From Paraspadella gotoi (lineage: Eukaryota; Animalia; Chaetognatha), in contig CM119267.1 in assembly GCA_051294375.1 (NCBI GenBank), positions 5,322,578 to 5,386,577 of the forward strand: 64,000 bases of DNA, written 5' to 3'. Numbering within the stretch: the stretch's first letter is position 1; each line of letters opens with the position of its first letter. Under the pieces are notes generated by a model. That model was not told the DNA's origin. It saw nothing but the letters and a program-made list of their open reading frames with translations, and did not search any database. A program made the position numbers and the translations under genes. Shown here in pieces: positions 13,383 through 30,273 of this stretch.

Positions 13383-13890
13383 CCGCGGATTCGATATCGA
13401 GGTTGGGCGGTTCTACTCGTTAGCGTCGATTTATATTCTAACCGCTTCTCAATCGTATCCATTTTGTATTTTCGTCGTTATGTGGAATAATGTTCTTTAC
13501 CGCAAATAAAACCGTTACCCGTATTTCGAGAATGACTTCCTATGCTGTAGCAAGAACTAGTAAAAAGACGATTTTACCAAAAAAATTTACTAACTGAAGG
13601 TAATTTTTTACATAATGAAGAAAAAATGAAAGTAACAGCTCTGTCGAAGGAGCAATTTTGCATGAGACTAAGCCATTAGATAGAAACCAAAAATAGAACC
13701 GGGAAAAAAATTTAAAACTCCATGTAATTTTGCAGGGATGTATTTATAAAAAACTAAAATCTAACTTTGGAAAAAGTCCCATAAATAACAATACAATGAA
13801 CCACATAATAAACTGAACGACGCGCCAAATCGACGCGTTATATAACAAAAAAAAACTAAATCTAAATGTATAAAAGGAAAAGTTTTGCGT

Positions 13891-18833
<4,943 letters not shown>

Positions 18834-18880
18834 TTTTTTTATTATTCTTTTTTTTTATTATTTTAACTGATAAATACGTA

Positions 18881-18950
18881 GCCTGTCAGGGCTAATAAAG
18901 CTTATGTATTAAATGAATGGATAATTTTTATATTGGTTGTACCAGTTTCA
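18881..18950 (-). repeat. Dispersed repeat family B fragment in piwi 5' region
   Basis: tatattggttgtaccagtttca matches the family B terminus. Confidence 0.7.
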
Positions 18951-19496
18951 AAACAGTTAAAGCGAGCTAGAGAGCTAAGAGCAAAGCATAAAAAAATATA
19001 ACACGGATTAAACACCTAGTAACTACTTCACGATAAAATTAAAAAAGCAGGTTAAAATACGTAAATGGAAAAATAATGTATATTCCAGGACGACGGTTTA
19101 AATATTTAAAAAACCATAAATAAATTACTAGTAAAAAAAATAGTGGCAAAGCAAATAAAACACTAAGGTCAAAGAGTTGTCAAAAGTAACACCATTACGT
19201 ACAAGAAAACTAAATATAGTACTAAATCGGAAAAAACAAATTAAAATTATTTGCCTATTATTAATAGTATTAAAGTTTCGGCGGAGAATTCGCGACCGAC
19301 CGTCGACGGGCGAGTTGCGACGAGGAGGAAAAGCCGGTGGTTGCTCCGTCGCTGCCGACAGAGGGCGAACACGACGAACATTAAAACTCGGTAAACAAAA
19401 GGGCAACCAATTTTAAAATAAAATCTAAAGTCAGACTCAAAGCCATAACTTATGTTAAGTTGATGTAGTATAAATATTTTTAGATATTTAAAAAAA

Positions 19497-19534
19497 AACG
19501 CTAAAACCCCGGTCAGCGAAAGTAAAATTTTACC
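19497..19534. mobile_element. Family A terminal fragment
   Basis: aaaaccccggtcagcgaaagtaaaattttacc matches the family A terminus. Confidence 0.65.
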
Positions 19535-19841
19535 AATTTATTATTAGCTGAGACTTATTTTAAACTTATCTTTACCCCTAACTTATCCCTAACCTTAACT
19601 TACCCTTATCCTATTTTTAACTTTAACTTAGCCTTCTTCTTAATACTGCATAGAAAAAGGTGGCATATATTTTTTGGCAAATTGTCATGGCTATTGGCGA
19701 ATAGATGCTAGGAAAATTCACAACAAATTGTTATCAATTCTAAAGAATATAATTAAACGTGAAAACATTAACATGTTACAACTTACAACTAAAACTATAA
19801 CTAGATAAGGTAGCTTCTAATCAATCCCTGAACTTTGTCTA

Positions 19842-20690
19842 CAGGGGTGGGACTCTATATTCAGACAAAAATTAAAAAATCATTAATCTAAAGCTCTTAA
19901 TGATTTTTAAAATCAAAATAGATATTCACATAGTATTCTCTCTTAGCTTTTTAGACGATACATTAATTATTTTGAAATTCTTTGATATTAAGCTTTTTTT
20001 GATGTAGCAAAGACAACTGCGCGGTTTTCTCCGCGCATTTTGGAAGAAAAATATTCTAATTAATAACAATTAAAAATATTTTTGAAAGTACTTATTTGTA
20101 GTATAATAATTCTTCTGGCAAGATGTACCTGGTATTTTGGTTAAAAACAATTTAAAGTAAGCAGGTAAGATTTGGGCAACTTACTGTTATGGTTTATTTT
20201 TTATTAAAACTTACTTTTATTAAAATTTTTATTAATATTGTCAGATAATTGAAATAATCAAGTAGGATTTCTGAATGCATAATAAAAGCGTCAAAAAGGT
20301 AAGAAATACATAAAGTATTTGAAAATTTAAGCATATTCATTATAATCTTACTAAAATTTTGTTTTACATCTGAAAAAAAATTAAATAGGTTTAATTTGGA
20401 TAAAATCAGGTGAATTGAAGATAAGACATAAGACTGTTATGTTCAGAAACGACCAGTGAAAAATATTAACAAGTATGGCTTTTATCGTATGCAATACAAT
20501 GCGCGCGTATAAAAACGACTCAATATTTTAAAAACATCAACGACACCTTGTAGTTGCTTAAAATTTTTTTTTATTGTATATGAAAGTAAAAAGCCAAAAA
20601 AACTTTTGCTATTCATTTTAAAATTGTTTCTCAAATCGTTAAGACAGGCCAGAACGTTAAATTTTGTCTCGATATGGGGTCCCACCCCTG
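19842..20690. mobile_element. Non-autonomous Tc1/mariner-type element (849 bp) with TA target-site duplication
   Basis: ta|caggggtgggactctatattcagacaaaaattaa ... ttaaattttgtctcgatatggggtcccacccctg|ta gives ~33-nt imperfect TIRs flanked by TA. No transposase ORF. Confidence 0.85.
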
Positions 20691-20871
20691 TATAATGTAT
20701 ATATACTTGGGAGAGAGCAAGGATGAAAGCAATATTTTTTTCACACATTGAAAAGAGCATAAAGTATTTGCACCAAAATACCGAATGAATCCATAGCTTT
20801 ATCATTATGATCATTTTTAAGAATCCGTATTTTTTTTTTTCAAAATAGAGTTATTACTCCAGACTTTTAAA

Positions 20872-23800
20872 CTATGGACTGGAACCATCAACAATATGTG
20901 AAGTTAAGTTTGCATCTCCCTGGTCGCCCAAAGTCACCGCCGCTTCCGCCCAAGACGGAAATGTATTTAATTCGAATATGGCGTTTCCCCAAGTGTTGAC
21001 GGCCACGCCTACTATTAGCACGCCGATAACGTTCATGAAAAAGCCAGCTTTGCACTGAAAACAAAAGCATAGTAAGTTGGTTGAAGTCAATCGGCGTTTT
21101 CAAATTAAAACTGCAGTTATCAGTTGATGCTCAGCTAACCATGTCGATGATCTTCAGTTTTCCGTACGAAAACGCGATGGCCGCCGGAGGTGTGGCCACC
21201 GGAAGCATGAAGGCGAACGACGCGGAAATTGTCGTCGGCAGAAGCGTCAGATAAGGGTTTAGACGAAGCGAGAGCGCCTGGGTGATCAAGAATGAGACAT
21301 GAAATTGTCATTGTCCAAGTATGTTGTTTTACATTTCCTAAAGAAAATCCATCTCACCAAATCGGCCATAACAGGCGTGTAGATCTGACAAGATGCCATG
21401 ACGGATGCCATGTCCGTTGTCAAGGCGACGACGGCGCCGATGATGAATGGCAACGACCAAACAGGCACCGAAGAGAAAACCGAGAACCGTTCTCCCAACC
21501 ACAACGAAAGCCCAGTCGCGGTCATGCCTGACAAAAATAAAATGGATTGCTCTAAAATTAAAAGCATCAACTTAAATTGCATGATTTTTAGTTGCAACTC
21601 ACGGAACTCAATGTTCTTCCTCTTTCTGGTCTCACCTTCTGCAAGCGCCAATCCTCCCCCCATAATCAACACGATGCACCATGGCAACTTTTCGTGAACG
21701 GTTTCCCAGTCGAGAATGCGCGGAGCAGGCTGGGTCAGATCATATACTTCCTCACTCTCCTCGCCGGGCGATTGGGGATTCTTCTTGGAGGAAACTGACG
21801 ATGGGAGAAACCGGGGAAAGCAGAGGCCCAAAAACGGAGGCGCCCTCGCGGGGAGCAGGAAAAGGAGAAGACAGATGAAGATAGCCGGCACCGCGTCTGA
21901 GATGTACCTGTCGTAAACAAAAAAGAAGGCAAATTTTAGAGGAAAAAAAATTGCGATGAATTCTCTCCTCTGTAAGCTTTCCTAAACGCACGACATTGAG
22001 ACTAACGCTTGGAAACTTAAACTAAAACACTCTAGAAAGAATCGATGGTAAAATCTAGGCGTTGGGTAGTTTAGTCTCTTTGCCGCAAAAGTTCGCGATC
22101 CCCCGGAAGCGAAGATGAGGACGGGACATTTCGTCTTCCTTTTGGTGGCGGCAATTTTCGTCGACGGCGGAGGCAAAAGAGGCCACGAGTATCCCAGAGA
22201 AAACGACATACGTTCAGGCAATCTCCAAGACTTCGTTTCGAGTCAAAAGCTAATAGACTAATAGCAATTGTCAATTTTTCTTGAGTGTGTATTTTCAAAA
22301 AATATAATACGAAAGGTAGCGAATAAGACTTTCATTTTATATTTTATGATATTTTTTATGAAATTTATCCCTTTTTGCAGTTCATCGGCTAAGAATGAAG
22401 TCGGACGAAACTGATTTCCGGGTTTGCGTGGAGAGCAAGTGCAAGAAGCAATGCGCCAAAAAGACGCATATACGTAAATTACTAATTTAAGATGTGCAGT
22501 GAAAATTAAAAAAAACACAATGTAAGTAATATACCAACCCTTATTTGCGGTTCCATGAAGTGATCGGAGAAAAGAAAGATTACAAGCAAGAGGTGCTGTC
22601 TTACGCGTGCACACAATGCGAAGCTTCTTGCTTCGCGCCGCCCGGTGGGGAAGAGAAGTTGCTGAAAGTCGGGGGAAGTCTGAGGCAGAGGGATTCTGTG
22701 AGGAAGGAACTCTTGAGGATGAGGTAAACGGCTTCCCCCGTGAATCAACGTTAATGCGCTGAACCGGGTCTCTATCATTCTTCACAGGAAAAGAGGAAAG
22801 ACGCTCGAGAAACAAGTTCGAAAAGTCGGGAAAAGCTGGCGCATCAAGAATTAGACGGCAGAAAGCGTAAATTTCGGCGCGATAAGCGCCTGGGATATTT
22901 CTTTAATGTGTCGAATTGTTATCATTTCTTCCGATTGATTGTAAGAGAAATTCGACCGTAAAATTACCATCAACGACATCAATTTTGTTCTCACGAAAAA
23001 AACAGAAGCTCTGGTTTTTTGTTAGCGTGCAGATGACGACGTTAGCGAGTCGGAATAGAGGGACGAACTTTAACCTTTTTTTCTGAACCGAACTCGCCTT
23101 AGTCGCTTTTCTCAAAGTTGATTGGTTGCCCCAAATTACCCAATTACCCAATCTTTCCATAGCAAGTAGTATAATTAGCAAGGTGACATCTCACCCGTCT
23201 TTGAAGTAGACGGCGTAACCTGTGACGAATCCCGGCTCACGCGTGAACCAAAGGAGAAAAAGGACGAAAAAAAGGAGGACGACGACGACCTCGTCGAAGC
23301 CGAGCGCGCCGAGAGCTCGGTATTTCCTTCGGATGAGAGCGCGAACGGCTGGATTCTCCGCGTCCGTCTTTCCGGAACACGTTAGTGATCTGAGTATGAG
23401 AAGAGAACGATTCTGAAAGAGCGGCTGTCAATTTCTTCATAGTTTTCTTTCTTGGCAAAACCTTGGCATCCATCGAAACTTAAATCCGGCATAAACTCAT
23501 TCAACAACATCCAGAATATTTACCGCAAACCCATGAAGCATATTTGGAGCCACACCCATCCTAGAAGGACGACGACGAGCATGGCGGGAAAAGAGAATCC
23601 CGACCAGTTGACGAAGTTCATGTTGCTCCCGGGAAATCTTTTGTTCATGTAGGCCAACGTTACCAGATTTGGGGTGCAACCTGTGATGAAACGTTAAGTA
23701 TCTACAATGTAGATTCTACATTCTTCCAAATTTTATATCTTCATAAACTCGACATCTTCCTTGTATTAGCATATTTTAATTTATGGTTTTCTTAGTTACC

Positions 23801-26073
23801 GGTAAGAAGTCCGGTGCCACCTAATTGAGCAGAGTAACAGACGCAAAGCAGCATCATCTTGTCCTCGCGACTGGGCTCGGCGCTTCGCCGAGTCGAACTT
23901 TTCTCTTCCGTTTTCAATTTCGTCGCCGTGGAATTCGATTCTAATATAAACAGGACATTATACTGGTACTAATACTAATACATAGTACTTTTGACGTTCG
24001 AATTCATTCATCGAACATTTTAGTTGAAACTTGAAAGAAAATTTTATAAAGCATTATAACCTTTTTTAACGTCGCCCATATTGGTGAGATTATTATCGCC
24101 ATCGACGTCTGGGTTTTCCGTCCCCGAGTCTCCTTTAAGGTCGATCAATGTATTTAAAAAAGATAAATTTGGTCAATTATTTTGCCATCAACAAATTATA
24201 AACTGCCTTTCGATCTCGCCATTTCGTCCAAGATAGCGTTGGCTATGGGCATCATCATCGCCGTCGTCGCCGTGTTCGAAAGGAACATTGAGAGAAAGGC
24301 TGTCACCAGCATTAGCCCCAGCATAATCCTGTTGCGATTAAAAATGTAAAAAAATATACACCGGTCTAATCATAATCATAAAATGATATAACAACTCTGC
24401 TCACCATCGAGGCTTCGATCCCAACAACATGAGGACGCTCAAAGCGATTCGCTCGTGAACGTGGGACTTTTCTACGGCGATGGCGACAATCAATCCGCCC
24501 ATGATGATGAACTGAACTTCCTAACAGCAGAAAATGAAGAGGCTGAGATCGAATCGAACGCTTTTCAAATTTACATCGATCGATGGACACTGGAATCGAC
24601 TCACGTTAAAATACGCCCCACAAGTCCTCCGGGCGTCCAAGACACCCAGAACAGGAAATAGAAAGACTGGCATGATCCCGGTGATGGCGAGAGGCACCAG
24701 TTCGAGGATCCAAAAGCTTGCCATGATGATCGCGCAATAAGCCATGCGGCCTGCCTGAAGGTCGGCGGACTTTACGTGTTTATTGGCATATTGAGTGAGA
24801 GTAACAATATGAAATTGGTACAACTAATATACAAATTATCCAATCATTTAATAAATAAGCTTGCCCCTGATTTTGGACAGGCTTTGGTAGTTTAAGGCCC
24901 CCATCACTCTTACAAGATAATGACATAGCAGGACCCTGCTTGTTCTGTCACTAACTCATAACAATTATTACCGTCTCTTCACTTTCTTTTTCTTTTTTTC
25001 TCTTTCTTTTTCGTTTGTTTAGAATTTGAAATAAGAAAAGTTTTCTTTAAAGTTTTCATTAAAACTTCGTTGGGAAAAAAAAGAAAACTTTTCTGATCTC
25101 AGATATAATATACATAATTACATGATTATATATTTTACTTTAAAAAATCACGTTACTATTAATAATTTGCAAAATCGAGTTTGGGAGGAAGGTCGTGATA
25201 TATTCAGTTGGGTAAAGTATAAGTCGTATAATAATATTTGAACTACAAAAAGTGAGGTTAGTTTATAGTACTTTTTATAAGATATTCAAATCTGCCATAA
25301 TAATATTAAAAGATTTTTTTTTTAATTCAGCTCCTTGTATTTGGATGCTAGTTCGGAGTACAATAAGTATTCCCCGATCTAATACTTAAGGGAGTGGTCT
25401 TTTCATACAATTGAAACATTCTTTGAAATATTTTCCACTTCATTGATAGGGAAGCCAGGTACTCTGGGAGTGAATAAACGGGACTGTGAAAGAGTCTTGA
25501 TTGAAAGCTTGCAGGGACCTGCTATGTAATTATCTTGTAAGAGTGATGGAGGCCTTAAACCACCAAAGCCTGTCCAAATTTTTATATTGGTTGTACCAAT
25601 TTCATTCAATATTTGATATAGACCAATGTTTCTTAATTTACTTTGGCCCATAAAATATATATTTAAAATTTTAATCCCATTAAAAATTAGTAAAATCAAT
25701 GCGCCCTACTATTTAGGAAATAGACACTCGACAGTTCACGCTACTTATATACATAAGTCTCACGTCTGGTTTTTCTTCATCGTTCCATAATATTGCGACG
25801 GGTGAAAAGACGACGACGACGACCACCACCATCACGGACTTCCAATGATTGAGCAAGATTCGGCCGATGAATTTGGCCGAGAGCTTTCGGCGAGCGAGTC
25901 TGGCCGCACTAAGGGAAGCTTTTCTTCCCGTGGCATTGTCTGATAAAATAAATAAAGGATAAACGAATTATCTTTGTGAAGTCAAATTGAAACAGATATA
26001 TGGACAAACTTTTGCCGTCGAGCTCCGTCTCCACGCCCTCTGGGATGATGAAATCCGATACAGACGACGGCAT
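20872..26073 (-). CDS. SLC13/INDY family (DASS) dicarboxylate/sulfate transporter
   Basis: Motifs ELVPLAITGIMP, AVEKSHVHERIAL, FLSNTATTAMMMP, LTGCTPN, LPWCIVLIMGGGLALA, SFAFMLPVATPP. Multi-exon and in frame. The exact SLC13 paralog cannot be assigned. Confidence 0.93.
22115..22854 (+). CDS. Nested antisense gene: small secreted Cys-rich protein (~140 aa)
   Basis: Signal-peptide-like start MRTGHFVFLLVAAIFVDG at 22115. Exons 22381-22473, 22561-22723 and 22788-22854 join in frame through 87- and 64-nt GT-AG introns. The first donor is ambiguous (~22211-22242). The gene lies wholly inside SLC13 intron 21908-23194. Confidence 0.7.
24810..24940 (+). repeat. Dispersed repeat family B copy
   Basis: tgaaattggtacaactaatata...ggacaggctttggtagtttaaggcccccatcactcttacaagataatgacatagcaggaccctgc. 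Confidence 0.85.
25511..25604 (-). repeat. Dispersed repeat family B copy (inverted relative to the 24810 copy)
   Basis: gcagggacctgctatgtaattatcttgtaagagtgatggaggccttaaaccaccaaagcctgtcc...tatattggttgtaccaatttca. Confidence 0.85.
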
Positions 26074-26734
26074 CTTTACATTTTCATTTTCTTTCGACGA
26101 AAAACGGGGGCGAATTAGTTTCGCTCTGGATTCTCTCACTTCGTGATATCACGTACTTTTGATTTCACTCAAGCATTGGTTTCTTTAACAATTAAAGGAA
26201 AGAAAAAGAAAACCAAGAGTTGAAATTGTCGACTACACAGAATCAAAACATTTTTAAAGCATTATAATTTTAAACATTGTACTTTTTTCAATTCGCCGTT
26301 AGCACTTAGAACTATTGGTTTGACAACTGGTTCTGTAATTTTCAAAAAGATTGATGATTGAAAATATGGAAATATGGATATTTTTGTCGTTGGAATGACT
26401 TGAAAATGAACTACAATTTATTACAATTTTCAATCAAGCGATCCTAAAATAATCCTCTCTGCGTAAACCACCGATCGGGGCAAACTGCCTTGGCTAGGGC
26501 CAAAAGCTCAACCTTTTTTTCCCCCTCAGCACAGCAGTCATCGTTTCGATTTTACGTTTTTCTCTATTTGTTTTGATCAAAAACACTGCCGTTAATTGAC
26601 GCATGTTTCGCCGTCTGGGTTTTTTCGTGCAAGTAATTTAGTATCGGCTAAATTAAATTTAATTTACTATTATACGCCATTTCTATAATAGGTAAGCTTT
26701 TCCATAAAACAAATAATAACATTGAAAAAAAAAT

Positions 26735-26816
26735 CGCTGTGAACAGGGTTCGAACCTGTGCGGGAATATCCCATTGGATTTCGAGTCCAACGCCTTAACC
26801 ACTCGGCCATCACAGC
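26735..26816 (-). tRNA. tRNA-Ser-CGA: tRNA-Ser (anticodon CGA)
   Basis: Reverse complement GCTGTGATGGCCGAGTGGTTAAGGCGTTGGACTCGAAATCCAATGGGATATTCCCGCACAGGTTCGAACCCTGTTCACAGCG: 82 nt, long variable arm, followed by a T9 Pol III terminator. Confidence 0.97.
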
Positions 26817-27533
26817 CACAAATACCCTAGGATGAAATTTTAATCATATTTCGGTTAAAGTGATTTAGCAATCTTAGTTCTTTTATAATTCTTACAAAAC
26901 AAGAAATTTAGAAATTTATGGGGCGTTTAAAGAGTTTTTTCCCTTTCCTTCGTTACAACCAACAGTACTACGATCAAAGGTTTTCGAACACGTGTTAAAT
27001 TCCTCAGAACTCATTTTTTAGAAAGAGAACGAAGGAATATTCGTTTTGGTCATAGAGTTGAAATTCGTAACTCGTCTGACTCGATTTGATTGCGACATCG
27101 TATGAGCTGGCCTTGCGGTTATTTAATGCTTTGTGATAGGGTGAAAATAATAAATTGCTTTATCGTGAAATTATCAGTTTCATTCGTGAAAAGTGTCCGT
27201 GGTCCTGCTGATAATTTCCCAGGAAAATGGTATAAAAGCAGAAATATTTTCTAATAAATGCATTCGATTTGATTACTAACTTTCCGCTGGACTGAGAATC
27301 CTTCACAGGTGAAAACTAATACTTACCCAATGCGCATCCAATAATTTTTTATTATAAATAATTTTTGTTCATAATTTTCGGAAAAATCGTAGTACAAGTA
27401 GCATTAAAGTTCAATGCGCAGAAAGGCTCAAGTGTGTTTTCTTTCTTTTTATTGACGAAAGGTTGAATGACAAAACATTTGTTCTCAAGGATAGAGAAAG
27501 AGTGAGGGGGGGTAGGGGCACAGTAAAAACGTT

Positions 27534-27581
<48 letters not shown>

Positions 27582-27941
27582 TAAAATGAAAATTTTTTAA
27601 GTTTTTCGTTGTGTAATTACAAAAAAAGTAAGACCGCATCCTAAGTAATAGCACGATAAGATTTTTATTTATTCGAAAATATAATGAGAAAGATATATAG
27701 ATCATTATTCCTAAATTAAATCAATTAAAGTAATTCAACCAAGGGACGGAAATAAAAAAAATATAATTTTTCTTGAGAACGTAGGAGTAATGAGTATATA
27801 TATTATATATATAAAGTCATTATGTATAAAATTTAATACAAGATTCAGTAACTTATGATAATATTTATATTATATTTAGTCATGCATTAAGTATATTGAT
27901 TTGCAATATTATTCCTTATCTTTTAAACCCAAAAGCCAAAG

Positions 27942-29265
27942 ATGACGCCATTTGTATTCGTACTCCTTACCTTCGCGGTAGCCAGTCAAGCAGCAGACAT
28001 TTACCAGGTGAACTATGAAATCTCTCAAGTGTGAGGGCCCAAAAATTCCCCAAAATAATTATTGATTACCCGGAATGAAAAAAAAAGTATGGGTAAAATT
28101 ATGCCAAAATATCTTAAAAATAAATATATTTTTTCTCTGAGGACGGTCCCAATCATTCATTTCTAGGAAAACGATCAGAAACAAAAAGCTAATTTAATCG
28201 ATGATGACGATTATGGCGTTTTCGCCAGAACATAACACTATAAAATTAATTAATTATCAGACATGCGGGGGAGACGGGGAAATCACGAAGATCGACATTA
28301 ACGGATGCACCTCGCCGCCTTGCACGTTGCAGAAGGGGACGGATGCCAGCATGAGCGTCACTTTCAAAGCTCCGGTTAGACTCTTAAAAATCGATTCTAA
28401 ATTAAATTAAACGCTCATGTTAACTGCTAAAATTTTTATCAAAGATAATTTTGTATATAGATTTACATAAGTTCACTTAATTTCTCACATCTTTTTTAAA
28501 AATATAATTATTAAGCCTTTAATAAGCCTTTGCGACAACAACAACAACGACAACAACCGCGACAAGGAAACTGACATTTGACTAAGTATTTAATAGCATT
28601 TAATACTTTTGTTTGTTTTTTTTTTTTGTCTTTTCAGTCGGCGGCTGCTGCAGTGGATACTCAAGTCTATGGCTTGCTTCCGATGGGCATCAAAGTGCCT
28701 TTCGCCGTTCCCAATGGAAAAGCATGCGAGTCTGGCCAAATCAAGGTTGGTACAATTTCAAAAATACTATCTCATTTAAGTCTAAACATTCTTACTTTTA
28801 GCTTTTGATTGGCAATTAAATAAAAGCTAAAATTATCATATTCCCCCCAGTGCCCTTTGACTCCGGGAGACGAGTACGAATACAAAATCAAACTTCCAGT
28901 TTCAAAATTTTATCCCAGCCTTCGCTTGGTTGTTGAGTGGAATCTGAACGTAAGATTTAATTATTTAATTATTTAATTATTTAAAAATCGATATTTAAAG
29001 TCTTTGACAAAGAGACACGATTTTTTCTTGGATCGTTTAATTTTTTTAGTTACAAATTTGCATATCACATTTACACTTTAAATTATGTAACTAAATTAAA
29101 AGTAACACAATTTTTTTGCAAAAACCTGAACAAATAACCTATTCGAAATTGTATTTGTGTCAACCCTATATGTTTAACTTTCATCTTAATCAATCATTCC
29201 TTCCATAGGATGAAAATGGCGAAAAGCTTATTTGCTTCCGCTTTCCCGCTCAATTGAAGAGTTGA
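27942..29265 (+). CDS. NPC2: NPC2-like ML-domain lipid-binding protein (147 aa)
   Basis: Exons 27942-28007, 28261-28374, 28638-28745, 28851-28949, 29209-29265. Signal peptide MTPFVFVLLTFAVASQA; six Cys (CGG, CTSPPCTL, ACESG..CPL, LICF); YPS..VEWNL motif. Confidence 0.92.
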
Positions 29266-30273
29266 TTGATTCCAACGAAGACTTGATAATAAGTTTCATT
29301 TTTATTATTAATACTGAGACTTTTTGCATATAAAACTTTTTGTTAAATTATAGCAAAAATATACTTCTTAATTGGCGATGTAAGATCATCGACAAAAGTA
29401 AAAAAGGAATTATAATCATTTATGTGATAAATTAGTAAACCGATGCTAAGCTAGATTGGCGTCTATTATCAGAATGACATAAGAGTCATTGATAACTGTG
29501 GTGAAAAAAAATGTTTAAAACTTAAGACGATCAAAACAACTTCAGTAATCAAGATTAGACAAGATTAGATAATTGTTCGAGTTTTTGTATTTAACAATCG
29601 TAATAGTTCCGAATAGTTCCGAAAAAAAGGAAAAAAACATTCCCTGTAAAACCGAACTTTCTCTCGCAAACTCTATTTGTCCTGCCCAAACCGAGAATTT
29701 TCTTCCTACGCTCAGGGGAATGCTTACATTAAAAAGAAAAATCTCGCTTTTTGTTCAAACCCCCCCAAAAAAAATGTTCCCAACTGCCCCAAAGAAGGCC
29801 TTCGTCCGTCCTAAAGAAATATTTCTGAAGGGTTGGGAAAGGGGGTCTCTCGGGAATGGATCGAGCTAAGAAACATCTTCGCAACCCCGAAAATATCGTT
29901 GGAATTGCATCTTTGTCTCTCTCTCTCTCTCTCTATCCGTGCGACTCTTTCTCTCTCTCTCTCTCAATACGAGCACCGAGGACTCTCTCGCGCCCGGGTT
30001 GGAATCGGTTTGGTTCCATCTCTCTTTCCATCGTTTTCTCGCTCCCGCTGTTTTGGCAAAGCGCCTGAGTCAGCTCATCTGCGAGCCGGCATCGAACTGC
30101 GTTCCCTTTCCTATGTTTTTTTTTTCATTCGGCACAAAATTTGATTCGCGTCCTTTTTTATTATCTTCTCTTCTCGAAAAAGGATTCATTGTTTCTTCCT
30201 TAAATCCGACACGAAGGGAAAAATTGAATCCAAGAACGGATAGATACGACCCCAGAAGATAGAATAGTCGAAG

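Noticed and set aside
27319-27330. atacttacc resembling the U1 snRNA 5' end
   Set aside because: It does not continue as U1 (no ctgg, no Sm site); it is more likely a minus-strand splice donor, possibly of an SLC13 5' UTR exon.
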